Source of the DNA: an uncultured bacterium
GTDB taxonomy: Bacteria > Zixibacteria > MSB-5A5 > UBA10806
Direction: 5' to 3'
Assembly (NCBI GenBank): GCA_965541585.1
Contig: CBEUCH010000007.1
Coordinates: 96,001-160,000 of the forward strand
Length of the DNA: 64,000 nt
The notes under the pieces are model-generated. The model had not been told where the DNA came from, searched no databases, and worked only from the letters and a program-made list of their open reading frames with translations. Made by a program: the position numbers and the translations under genes. This document shows, piece after piece, positions 54,967 through 64,000 of the stretch. The number at the start of each line of letters is the position of its first letter. Positions within the stretch are counted from its first letter, which is position 1.

Positions 54967-56265
54967 ATGGCGCTTCAGCGAAGACAGGCCAATCTGAGTG
55001 TCGAACAGATACCGAAACTGTGGTACAATATTCTGCCGGATCTACCGGAACCATTACCCCCGCCAAAGGACCCGGAAACAGGTGAATCGCGGCTTAAGGC
55101 TCTGCCGGAGATGCTATTGGGCGAATGTTTGAAGCAGGAATTCTCCGAGGAGAGGTGGATCGATATACCTGAGGAGCTGCAGGAGTTATATGCCCAGGCC
55201 GGGCGGCCCCGTCCATTATTCCGCGCCCTGAATCTCGAAAAACGGCTCGATACTCCGGCGCGCCTGTATTACAAGGGAGAATTCTTCAGTCCTACCGGAA
55301 GCCACAAGGTAAATACGGCTATTGCACAGGCCTATTATGCCAAAAAGGAGGGCTATAAGAGGTTGACGACCGAAACCGGGGCCGGCCAGTGGGGTACTGC
55401 ATTGGCTTATGGAGCCAGTCTGGCTGGCGTTAAATGCACCGTTTACTGGGTTCGAGCTGTCCACGATTGGAAACAGGACCGTCGAAATCTAATGGAGCTT
55501 CTTGGCGCCGAGGTGCATGCCTCGCCCAGCCCCGATACCGAATTCGGCAAAAGCCTTTATGAAAAGGATCATAATCATCCCGGCTCGCTGGGGATTGCCA
55601 TTTCGGAAGGGCTTGAAGATTCCAGAAAGAATACCGATGCCGTCTACTGTCTGGGATCTGTATTGAACCACGTGCTTTTACATCAGACCATAATCGGCCT
55701 CGAGACAAAAAAACAATTTGAGATATTCGATGACTACCCTGATTTAGTTATTTCCTGTCTGGGGGGTGGCTCTAATTTCGGCGGCTTTGCCATACCTTTC
55801 ATGCATGATGTCTTAAAAGAGGGCAAGAAAATAAAATTCATCGCCGCCCAGAGCCAGGTTTCCCCGAACCTCCAGGGCGAATACCGCTACGATTTTGCCG
55901 ACTATGGCGAGAAAACGCCCATGCTCAAAATGTTCACGCTGGGACATCAGACGGATATGGATCCCATCAAAGGCGATGGCCTGCGGTACCATGGCTGTTC
56001 CCCGATATTGAGTTTGATGCGCCATCACAAGTATATTGATACGGTGGCTTACCCCAAAGACGAAAAACATGTATTCAGCCAGACTCGAAGATTTATTCAG
56101 GCTGAAGGTTTTCTACCGGCGCCGGAGTCTGCTTATAGCGTCGCTTGCGCCATCGATGAAGCATTGAAATGCAAAGAATCGGGCGACAAAAAGGTCATAG
56201 CTTTTAACGTTAGCGGTCATGGCTTCATGGATATCCCCGGTTACCGCGAGGTTCTGGGTTTGTGA
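54967..56265 (+). CDS. trpB2: TrpB-like PLP enzyme (TrpB2)
   Basis: WYNILPDLP, SPTGSHK.NTA, TETGAGQWG, GSLGIAISE, LGSVLNHV, GGGSNF, PAPES, SGHG. Confidence 0.92.
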   Translation: MALQRRQANLSVEQIPKLWYNILPDLPEPLPPPKDPETGESRLKALPEMLLGECLKQEFSEERWIDIPEELQELYAQAGRPRPLFRALNLEKRLDTPARLYYKGEFFSPTGSHKVNTAIAQAYYAKKEGYKRLTTETGAGQWGTALAYGASLAGVKCTVYWVRAVHDWKQDRRNLMELLGAEVHASPSPDTEFGKSLYEKDHNHPGSLGIAISEGLEDSRKNTDAVYCLGSVLNHVLLHQTIIGLETKKQFEIFDDYPDLVISCLGGGSNFGGFAIPFMHDVLKEGKKIKFIAAQSQVSPNLQGEYRYDFADYGEKTPMLKMFTLGHQTDMDPIKGDGLRYHGCSPILSLMRHHKYIDTVAYPKDEKHVFSQTRRFIQAEGFLPAPESAYSVACAIDEALKCKESGDKKVIAFNVSGHGFMDIPGYREVLGL

Positions 56266-56447
56266 TTGATAGCAGAGCTTTGTAAGGTTATGCAAACCTG
56301 TCAGTTTATGGGAAGGCGGAGTGAAAAAGATCACCTGCAGAGCTGAATCAAGATCGATCTCTATGCGGTACATTTGCATGGCGGGGGTCTTCCTCGGTAT
56401 ACAGGTTTCGCGATTTTTCTCCGGTACGCTTTCAAAACCGTTAAATC

Positions 56448-56476
56448 TTGACAAGGAAAATGTCGGTTTGTATCAT
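56448..56476 (+). promoter_or_regulatory. Putative sigma70 promoter
   Basis: TTGACA-17 nt-TATCAT. Confidence 0.7.
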
Positions 56477-56641
56477 TGCCGAGAGTGACGGGATTGAAGT
56501 CATTTCCGGACTATTTCATTCGGAATGGAGTCAAGCCCCGGAGGTTGGGATCGCGAAAATAATTGGAAAAGTGATTAGAATCCGGGATTTCAGGCTAATT
56601 TGGTAAGTGCATTGTACATAATGGATTGTTGAGGTAGCGTG

Positions 56642-57805
56642 ATGAAACTGGCTGAGAGAATGTCACGATTGGGCACGGAAACGGCATTCGTGGTGCTTGC
56701 TAAAGCGAAGCAACTTGAAGCGCAGGGGAAGGAAATTATTCACCTTGAGATAGGTGAACCGGATTTTGACACTCCGCGCAATATCATAGACGCCGCCATC
56801 GGTGCTTTACGGGACGGATGGACTCATTATGGGCCGTCTGCGGGTCTGCCGGAATTGCGGGAGGCCGTAGCCGATGAGGTTACGCGAACAAGGGGCGTGA
56901 AGGTCGATCCCGCGGAGGTGGTTATAACGCCCGGCGGGAAGCCGGTTATGTTTTTTGCCATGCTGGCCCTGATAAACGATGGCGACGAGGTCATCTACCC
57001 AAATCCCGGTTTTCCCATCTATGAATCGGTAATAAATTTTATCGGTGCTAAACCGGTGCCGATTCGGTTAAGGGAAGAGAATCGGTTCCGTCTCGATGTC
57101 GACGAACTGGCTTCCTTGGTGACCCCGAAAACCAAAATGATAGTGGTTAATTCGCCTCAGAATCCGACCGGTTCGGTTCTAACGGAAGAGGATTTGAGAG
57201 CTATAGCTGATGTATCCATCGAGAACGACATAATCGTCCTCTCCGACGAGATATATTCTCGGACGATTTATGACGGCGAGCATCGATCCATGTATGGTTT
57301 TAATGGTATGCCTGAAAGAATGATAATCCTCGATGGCTATTCCAAGACCTATGCTATGACCGGTTGGCGACTTGGTTACGGGGTGATGCCGGCGGCCCTT
57401 GCCGAGCAGGTGGCCAAGCTGCAGACCAATTGTAACTCATGTACCGCCAGCTTCTCGCAGATAGCCGGAATATCGGCGTTGACCGGCCCTCAGACTGAAG
57501 TGGAGGCCATGAACAATGAGTTTAGAAAAAGGCGAGACATAGTGGTTGAGGGATTAAATCAAATCAAGAACGTTGACTGCCAGGTCCCCGACGGCGCCTT
57601 TTATGTTTTTCCAAACGTCTCACGAGCGGGCCTGAAATCGGAGGAATTGGCCGATAGGATCCTCCGGGAAGCCGGAGTGGCTGTTCTGTCCGGAACCTCC
57701 TTTGGATCTTTCGGAGAGGGGTTTATAAGAATCTCCTACGCCAATTCAATCGACAATATCAATAACGCCCTGGGCCGGTTAATGGACTTTTTTGGCAAGA
57801 TATAG
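56642..57805 (+). CDS. Class I/II PLP-dependent aminotransferase (AspC-like)
   Basis: IGEPDF.TP, NSPQNPTG, SDEIY, SKTYAMTGWRLG, GAFYVF, RISYA. Confidence 0.93.
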   Translation: MKLAERMSRLGTETAFVVLAKAKQLEAQGKEIIHLEIGEPDFDTPRNIIDAAIGALRDGWTHYGPSAGLPELREAVADEVTRTRGVKVDPAEVVITPGGKPVMFFAMLALINDGDEVIYPNPGFPIYESVINFIGAKPVPIRLREENRFRLDVDELASLVTPKTKMIVVNSPQNPTGSVLTEEDLRAIADVSIENDIIVLSDEIYSRTIYDGEHRSMYGFNGMPERMIILDGYSKTYAMTGWRLGYGVMPAALAEQVAKLQTNCNSCTASFSQIAGISALTGPQTEVEAMNNEFRKRRDIVVEGLNQIKNVDCQVPDGAFYVFPNVSRAGLKSEELADRILREAGVAVLSGTSFGSFGEGFIRISYANSIDNINNALGRLMDFFGKI

Positions 57806-57952
57806 CCATTCCGCAGCCCGGAACAAAATGTCTTTCCCGTCTGTTGCCCCGTTAAGGAAAAGCGGTTATTGCCGAACTTCGCGGATAGGGCAGGGTTTTT
57901 AGGTTAGGTTTTATGGCAGGATTTGAGGGCCGAAAATATCGTAAAAAAACAG

Positions 57953-57981
57953 TTGACTTGACCAGGGGTCTCTCCTATAGT
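57953..57981 (+). promoter_or_regulatory. Putative sigma70 promoter of the TBDR cluster
   Basis: A-tract, then TTGACT-17 nt-TATAGT. Confidence 0.65.
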
Positions 57982-58176
57982 TTTTCCGCCTTGCGGTGAC
58001 TTGGCAGCGTCTAGGCATTTATAGGGCATTTGATTGAATTGCTTGTACCAAGGAGGGAGTCATTACTTTTAGAATCATTTTAAACAAATGGAGGTATGAA
58101 GAGGAAAAAAGAGCTATTATTTTTTCAACGTTAGTTACATTAAATCCAAATAACATCTTTAAAGGAGGGATGAAAC

Positions 58177-61100
58177 TTGTATCGAAAGCCTGTATTTAGA
58201 CTGGCTGCGGTGATCCTGGCGTTGCTGGTTGTTTCGTCGGCATGGGCTGGCACAACCGGAAAGATCGCCGGAAAGGTTCTCGACAGAGATTCGGGCGAAC
58301 CTCTTCCAGGGGTTAGCATACTGATCAAGGGAACCACCACCGGGGCAGCCACAAACATTCAGGGTGAGTTTTTTATCATCAATGTTCAGCCGGGCGAATA
58401 CGACCTGCGAGCAACGCTGGTTGGTTACGGCCCGGTGGAGGTCGAGAAGGTCAGGGTTACCATCGATTTAACGACAACAGTTGATATTGATCTGAGCACG
58501 CAAACTATCGATATGGGAACCATAACCGTCGAGGCCCAACGTCCATTGATTGAGAAAGATCTCACCTCATCACGCATTCTGATTGCCTCAACGCAGATAA
58601 CCAATTCGGCCGTTGACGGCCTTGAAGACGCCGTCAGCTTAGCTGCCGGTTCTGTGCTGGGGGCTTTCCGTGGCGGGAGAGGGAATCAGGGTGAAGTGAT
58701 CTACATGCTCGACGGTGTCAACGTTGGCAACCCCATCGGATCCACTCACAGGGGCACCAATCCCGGACAGGGTAATAACGCCCTGGCCACTGTAATACCC
58801 AACGAGGCCGTAGCTGAAGCCGAGGTTTTAACGGGCGGTTTTGGGGCGGAATACCCCAGTGTCCAGTCCGCAGTCATCAATGTCGTTACCAAAACGGGTG
58901 GCGAAAAATACACCGGGAAAATAAAATCCAAGTCGTCTCCGGAGGTTATTTTCGGCCGGGAAAACATGGAAGATGATACCTATAATCTCGACTGGGCTGC
59001 GCCCGGAAGTACCGTCGTCCTGAGGAGAGCGAAGATTGATGATAAGAACCGCTCTGATTTCTACGACATGCGCCAGCATGAGTTTTCCTTCGGCGGACCG
59101 GTTCCGATCGAGAAATTTGATATCCCGGGCAAGCTGTCATTTTTCACCTCGGGTATCTATTCCACCCACCGTTCCTATGAGGACCAGAGAGGCTGGGCAA
59201 AATCCGGTTCCGTTCAGGGTAAGCTGACCTATGAGATCAGTTCGTCGAAGAAATTGACAGTTAGCGGTTTGAAATCATCGGGAAGCCAACTGGGTTGGGC
59301 CAGGCACCATCTGCTGAACCTCACATGGGGAGAACCTACTTACTACCACAGAACCGATGTTGACATAGCAACCGGGGAGACCGTGGCAGTTGATACCTTT
59401 TATACGCCCTATAGCTGGATTCTGGGGCCGGGGTTCAGCGAGACCAACGTCGCGGCTGACGTAGTAGACTACTGGATTGCCCAGTATGGCGATAATTCCT
59501 GGGATGCCGATTCGGTTCAGGCCTACTTCGACGCCAATTTCGATGAAGCCACCTATTTCGAATGGGCTGAGATGCCGGATTCCATCAGAGGGGGCGCCGC
59601 CGATTACATCGAGGGCCTTGGATATGCTCGTCGGTACACAAATTACGACAGCGGCAATACGATAGGTCGTCCGGAATACTGGTCCAACGAATTCAGCATA
59701 AAATTTACCAACAACATCAGCTCCAAGAGCTTCTACAATCTGAGTTACTCCAGGTTTCTGACCGCTCAAAGGATAAGAGTGTATGATCCCTGGGACGGTC
59801 ATCCGCTTTCCCACGACGAATTCGCAGATCCCAGAATAGGCGCTCCCCCGATCACGGCTATCCAGTCCTCCCAGCTGTGGGCCAACCCGATGTATATCCA
59901 CCGCTTCAGACAGGATGACGAGGCCTTAACTCGATCGCTCAAAGGAGATATCACAGCCCAGGTTAACTCCAACAACCTGGTGAAATTCGGCACGGAGATA
60001 AACTGGTATGATCTCCTTTACAATTACGAGTCATACGCTTCCGGCGGCAATGAGTACACCTCTCAATACGAGGAAAGCCCATTCCAGATCGGGGTATATG
60101 CTCAGGATAAGATCGAGACCGAGGGAATGATCATCAATATTGGGTTGAGATACGACTATTTTGATCCCAAGACGATAGTTCCATTCAATGTTAATGATCC
60201 GCTTAATACTCCTTATGCCGATGTCAATAATCCTCTTTACGGTGAAGCCTGGGATCTGGAAGCCAGGTTGAAGAACGGGGTTCCCGCCAGCAAGAAACAG
60301 CAGTTGTCACCGAGAGTTGGTGTCAGCTATCCGATTACAGAGAATGACGTTCTGCACGTTACTTATGGTCACTACTTCCAGCTTCCTGTTTTTGACGATT
60401 TCTATTACAACCACGCTTTTGATTTGAGAGGTGCGTTTAAATACATCGGCAATCCCGACCTCAACGAACAGAAGACAGTCGCATACGAAGCCGGAATTGA
60501 GCATGGTTTCAATGATTTTGTAAAGCTCTCCGTTGTCGGCTTCTATAAGGATATCGCGGATCTGGTGAATAATAAGAGGTTTTCGAATCCCCAGACCGGA
60601 TATGTTTTCTGGATCAATGAAAACTCCGACTATGCTCGCGTCAAAGGATTCGAGCTGACAATGACCCAGCGTCCATGGAATAATTTGTCGGGCATTGTCT
60701 CCTATACATTCCAGGTAGCCAGGGGCAAGGCCTCGGATCAGCAGCAGTCATTCTTGGATGACTACAATAACAGAAAACCGCGGACTGAGGATTTCCCGCT
60801 TGATTGGGATCAGCGACACACGGCGAAGGCCAACATCAATTACAGGATTCCGCCGGTTCAGGGTCCGATTCTGGGCGATTGGGGATTTGATGTAGTTTAC
60901 GTCTACGGCTCAGGCAGGCCATATACCGGCACCTCGACAGTTAGACCGCCAAATCTGCCACCCATCAACGAGGAGAGATTTCCGGCTGAATGGAGATTGG
61001 ATCTGCGCGTAGATAAAGGTATTAATCTCTACGAGCAATACAATCTCAATGCCTTTATCGAGATCCGGAATCTGACTGATAGGGCAAACATAACCCGGGC

Positions 61101-61212
61101 AGTGGATTTGGAAAAGTACGAACTAACTGATGATCCCGCCGGTCAATTCGGTGACCCGGACGTTTACTCTTCACCCAGGAGGATTCTGCTGGGAATGCAG
61201 TTATCATTCTAA
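58177..61212 (+). CDS. TonB-dependent receptor
   Basis: GTTGKIAGKV.D..SGEPLPG, plug RGGR....YMLDG, TGGFGAEY, GLRYDYF, SPRVGVSYPI, C-terminal PRRILLGMQLSF. Confidence 0.9.
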   Translation: MYRKPVFRLAAVILALLVVSSAWAGTTGKIAGKVLDRDSGEPLPGVSILIKGTTTGAATNIQGEFFIINVQPGEYDLRATLVGYGPVEVEKVRVTIDLTTTVDIDLSTQTIDMGTITVEAQRPLIEKDLTSSRILIASTQITNSAVDGLEDAVSLAAGSVLGAFRGGRGNQGEVIYMLDGVNVGNPIGSTHRGTNPGQGNNALATVIPNEAVAEAEVLTGGFGAEYPSVQSAVINVVTKTGGEKYTGKIKSKSSPEVIFGRENMEDDTYNLDWAAPGSTVVLRRAKIDDKNRSDFYDMRQHEFSFGGPVPIEKFDIPGKLSFFTSGIYSTHRSYEDQRGWAKSGSVQGKLTYEISSSKKLTVSGLKSSGSQLGWARHHLLNLTWGEPTYYHRTDVDIATGETVAVDTFYTPYSWILGPGFSETNVAADVVDYWIAQYGDNSWDADSVQAYFDANFDEATYFEWAEMPDSIRGGAADYIEGLGYARRYTNYDSGNTIGRPEYWSNEFSIKFTNNISSKSFYNLSYSRFLTAQRIRVYDPWDGHPLSHDEFADPRIGAPPITAIQSSQLWANPMYIHRFRQDDEALTRSLKGDITAQVNSNNLVKFGTEINWYDLLYNYESYASGGNEYTSQYEESPFQIGVYAQDKIETEGMIINIGLRYDYFDPKTIVPFNVNDPLNTPYADVNNPLYGEAWDLEARLKNGVPASKKQQLSPRVGVSYPITENDVLHVTYGHYFQLPVFDDFYYNHAFDLRGAFKYIGNPDLNEQKTVAYEAGIEHGFNDFVKLSVVGFYKDIADLVNNKRFSNPQTGYVFWINENSDYARVKGFELTMTQRPWNNLSGIVSYTFQVARGKASDQQQSFLDDYNNRKPRTEDFPLDWDQRHTAKANINYRIPPVQGPILGDWGFDVVYVYGSGRPYTGTSTVRPPNLPPINEERFPAEWRLDLRVDKGINLYEQYNLNAFIEIRNLTDRANITRAVDLEKYELTDDPAGQFGDPDVYSSPRRILLGMQLSF

Positions 61213-61264
61213 GTAGGGTCTCTGAAACAGATTGCCTGATCAAATTCAGGGAGGATTAATAAAG

Positions 61265-63094
61265 ATGCAAAAAAAAGTAATTAAGGGGGTCAGCGGCGGG
61301 CTGATAATGCTCACTCTGATACTATTTATCGGTCTGCCGGCCTGGGCCATAGATAAAGAACTGGCTGAAAATCCCCTGCTGCGTTTCCAGGGCTTTGCCA
61401 AGCCGGCGGCTGCAGTTGACATTATCTGTGATGTAGGGATGGTACAGAATAGAATCACTAATTCCACTGTTGAGGTGAATACGGGGACCAACGACTGGAC
61501 TATCTTGTTCGGGGATGATTCCGCTGAGAAGCCCTCGATGATATGGCTGTTTCCATCCGTCTATTCCCAGAACATGTATCTGTATTTCGGAAGCCTACGG
61601 ATCGGTCAGGGGAACAAGCTGGTTCATCTGTCAACTGATACCTCGCCCGGCATCACCACAAATTCTATCAATACCGACCCCAGTGCCATAAGCCATCTGG
61701 ATACCTATTTTGAGATTTCGGATCAGTCGAGTCTGGTGGCGGAGGCAGATAAGTTCAATATTGAGGTTCATGCCGCGACCTATGCCTGGTCGGAAACGTA
61801 CCGGGATGATTTCATCATTTACGATTTCCAGATCATCAATCTCAATGCCACGGCGCTGGAGGACATGTACGTCGCTTTCCATCAGGATTGCGATATATCG
61901 GGTGCCGGCGGCGGTTCGGGCACACAGGGTTTCTGGCGTGATGATAAACCCGGCTACTACCGGGACGACGTGAATAAGGAATACATCTCCTACATGCACG
62001 ATGCGGATAATCCCACAATCGCGGGCGATGACACCGGCGGTAAGTTCTTGCCGAAAGAGTCGAGCGGTTATATCGGAGCCAGGCTGCTCTATTGCCCGCC
62101 GGTAATGGGTTCTTCCGAACCTAGCGTGCAATCGGGGCATGGCTGGTGGGACTGGAACTCCGACCCCGGCGCTGATGCCGACTGGATGGCGCTTATGTCG
62201 GACGGCCTGTGGCTGGATCCTCCGCCATCACCCCACGACTTCCGTTATCTGCAGAAGCTTGGCCCGTTTGAGATTGGCGGCGGCGATTCCATCAGGGTAG
62301 TAGTAGGCTTCGGAATTGGCGAGGGTCTTGAAGGTTTACGAGCCAATCTCGCCTGGGCTGATTCGCTGTTTAAGCTCAATTGGGTAGGCCCTTCGGCCCC
62401 GACGACACCCGTGTTTTCTCTCACTCCCGGCGATAGGGAGGTTGATATATCATGGGATACGTCGGCAGAAACCACACCGGATCCCGCCACCGGCGAACTC
62501 GACTTCGAGGGTTATCGCCTCTGGCGGAAAACTGGTGCGGCTGGTACCTGGACGCTTTTGATGGAGTGCGACCTGGTCAACTCGATCGGACACAACACCG
62601 GTTTGGTCCATTCTTACCTCGATACCGACGTCAGCAACGGGTTCCAGTATGGCTATGTTGTCACGGCTTTCGACCGTGGCGAGCCCGAGAACGGAATAGA
62701 ATCATTTGAGTCGGGCAAGGGTGGATTTGTATTGGTGGAGCCCGGTCTGGACTCTCCGACCGCACACGCGGATATCACCGGTATTCACGTGGTGCCCAAT
62801 CCGTTTGTCAAATCGTCTCCCGCAGGTTTCGGATTCAATCCGGACCAGGTGAATCCATCTGAGGAGAGAATTCTGTTCGTGAATCTGCCGAATGATGCGG
62901 AAGCCACCGTTACCGTTTACTCCTTGACCGGCGACGAGGTTATCACGTTGGAAAAGGATTTTGATCTTCAAGCGGTAAGCTGGGATCTGATTACCAAATC
63001 AAGGCAGATGATAGTATCGGGCGTTTACCTGTATGTCGTTGAGTCACCCGAACTCGATGAAGACTTCATCGGCAAGTTCATGGTAGTACGTTAA
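61265..63094 (+). CDS. Secreted protein with FN3-like domain and T9SS-like C-terminal domain
   Basis: Signal peptide after GGAGGA; DFEGYRLWR, Y.D.DV.NG..Y.Y.VTAFD, VVPNPF, WDL........SGVYLY.V, GKFMVVR. Confidence 0.8.
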   Translation: MQKKVIKGVSGGLIMLTLILFIGLPAWAIDKELAENPLLRFQGFAKPAAAVDIICDVGMVQNRITNSTVEVNTGTNDWTILFGDDSAEKPSMIWLFPSVYSQNMYLYFGSLRIGQGNKLVHLSTDTSPGITTNSINTDPSAISHLDTYFEISDQSSLVAEADKFNIEVHAATYAWSETYRDDFIIYDFQIINLNATALEDMYVAFHQDCDISGAGGGSGTQGFWRDDKPGYYRDDVNKEYISYMHDADNPTIAGDDTGGKFLPKESSGYIGARLLYCPPVMGSSEPSVQSGHGWWDWNSDPGADADWMALMSDGLWLDPPPSPHDFRYLQKLGPFEIGGGDSIRVVVGFGIGEGLEGLRANLAWADSLFKLNWVGPSAPTTPVFSLTPGDREVDISWDTSAETTPDPATGELDFEGYRLWRKTGAAGTWTLLMECDLVNSIGHNTGLVHSYLDTDVSNGFQYGYVVTAFDRGEPENGIESFESGKGGFVLVEPGLDSPTAHADITGIHVVPNPFVKSSPAGFGFNPDQVNPSEERILFVNLPNDAEATVTVYSLTGDEVITLEKDFDLQAVSWDLITKSRQMIVSGVYLYVVESPELDEDFIGKFMVVR

Positions 63095-63116
63095 GAAAGT
63101 GGAGGTTAGAGAAAAA

Positions 63117-64000
63117 ATGAGAAAATACCTTATACCTGCGGTCATACTGGCCGTCTTGGGTCTCTGCCTTCCGGCTCACGCCCAGTTCGCCAAGGTTGGT
63201 ACCGTAGGATTGAAATTCCTCGATATCGGCGTAGGCGGCAGAGCGTTAGCCATGGGTGAGGCCTATGCGGCGGTAGCCAACGATGCCTCCGCCATCTTCT
63301 GGAATCCGGCAGGAACAGCCAATATTAAGTCTGGCGAGGTCTTTGCCGGGTATACCAATTGGCCGGCGGATATCAGCTTGTATTCGGTCGCTATGGTCAA
63401 GAAAACGGGCATGGGCCATCTGGGCGTGTCCTTTACAATCTTGAATACCGGTCTGATGAATCGGACTACGACCTATGATCCTGACGGTGATTTCTCCGGA
63501 ACTTTCGCCTTCGAGGATTGGGCGGCCGGTTTTACTTACAGCCGATTTTTGACTGACCGATTTTCCTTCGGATCAACATTCAAGCTGGTCAAAGAGAAGC
63601 TTGCCGAATGGGAGGAGACCAGCTGGGCTGTAGACGTTGGCACCTATTATGAAACCGGCTACAAATCGTTGCGGATCGGTATGGCCATTTTGAACTTCGG
63701 TCCGGATATGCGGTTTGATGTCAAGGATGTCGACGGCGTAGCCGGCGGTTTCCCTGATGGTCTGGACAACGACGGTGACGGTTTCGTCGATAACGATACC
63801 GAGGAAGCGGCGGTGCCGCTACCATTGACCTTCCGTGCTGGAGTGGCGTTCGAGATTCTGGAAACGGCCACCTCTAAAACCACTATTGCTGCCGAGCTGA
63901 TGCATCCCTCGGACAACGAGGAGCAATATAATTTTGGCGGCGAGCACTGGTTCCAGGATATGCTCGCTCTGCGAGCCGGTTGGAAGGTCAATACCGACGA
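63117..64000 (+). CDS. PorV/PorQ (UPF0164) family outer-membrane protein; runs off the window end and is absent from the ORF track
   Basis: Hand translation: MRKYLIPAVILAVLGLCLPAHAQFAKVGTVGLKFLDIGVGGRALAMGEAYAAVANDASAIFWNPAG...; GGAGG RBS. Confidence 0.88.
   Translation, partial: MRKYLIPAVILAVLGLCLPAHAQFAKVGTVGLKFLDIGVGGRALAMGEAYAAVANDASAIFWNPAGTANIKSGEVFAGYTNWPADISLYSVAMVKKTGMGHLGVSFTILNTGLMNRTTTYDPDGDFSGTFAFEDWAAGFTYSRFLTDRFSFGSTFKLVKEKLAEWEETSWAVDVGTYYETGYKSLRIGMAILNFGPDMRFDVKDVDGVAGGFPDGLDNDGDGFVDNDTEEAAVPLPLTFRAGVAFEILETATSKTTIAAELMHPSDNEEQYNFGGEHWFQDMLALRAGWKVNTD

Noticed and set aside
58096..58134. Leader peptide MKRKKELLFFQR upstream of the TBDR
   Set aside because: GGAGG is only 1 nt from the ATG and no attenuator structure is evident
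1..64000. tRNA and rRNA genes
   Set aside because: No cloverleaf or rRNA-like segment seen; a GGTTCGAAT match near 18005 lies inside a CDS

Overview
This is a gene-dense chromosomal window from a diderm bacterium. FlgD/T9SS-like C-terminal sorting domains, a PorV-family barrel and a TonB-dependent receptor suggest an FCB-associated lineage such as Zixibacteria; this is inference, not verified. Most of the window is housekeeping or envelope function: glyQS (5'-truncated), galT, yggS-divIVA-PNP-ileS-dksA-lspA-rluD, glmS, holA, two ECF sigma/zinc anti-sigma pairs, pcm, pspC, a Na+/alanine symporter, M1 and S8 peptidases, a tetraheme cytochrome c, divergent sucCD-like genes, trpB2, an aminotransferase and a TBDR-CTD-PorV cluster. 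There are five accessory highlights. (1) An AT-rich two-gene SIR2-APAZ plus short prokaryotic Argonaute operon (SPARSA-type defence, 35919-39082, minus strand) with its own near-consensus sigma70 promoter. (2) A stand-alone 94-aa GIY-YIG nuclease flanked on both sides by REP-like palindromes with TGGAT...ATGAC termini, some carrying a second hairpin nested in the loop. (3) The same palindrome family lies 62 nt past the stop codon, in the same orientation, of both AT-rich nuclease/defence inserts (a PD-(D/E)xK-like orphan and the Argonaute). (4) A translationally coupled pgsB-pgsC-pgsW operon extended by a basic two-domain exported protein and an outer-membrane beta-barrel, a candidate diderm poly-gamma-glutamate export system. 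(5) An HTH plus three Myb/SANT-like-repeat protein directly after glmS. I found no tRNA, rRNA, CRISPR array, integrase or transposase.
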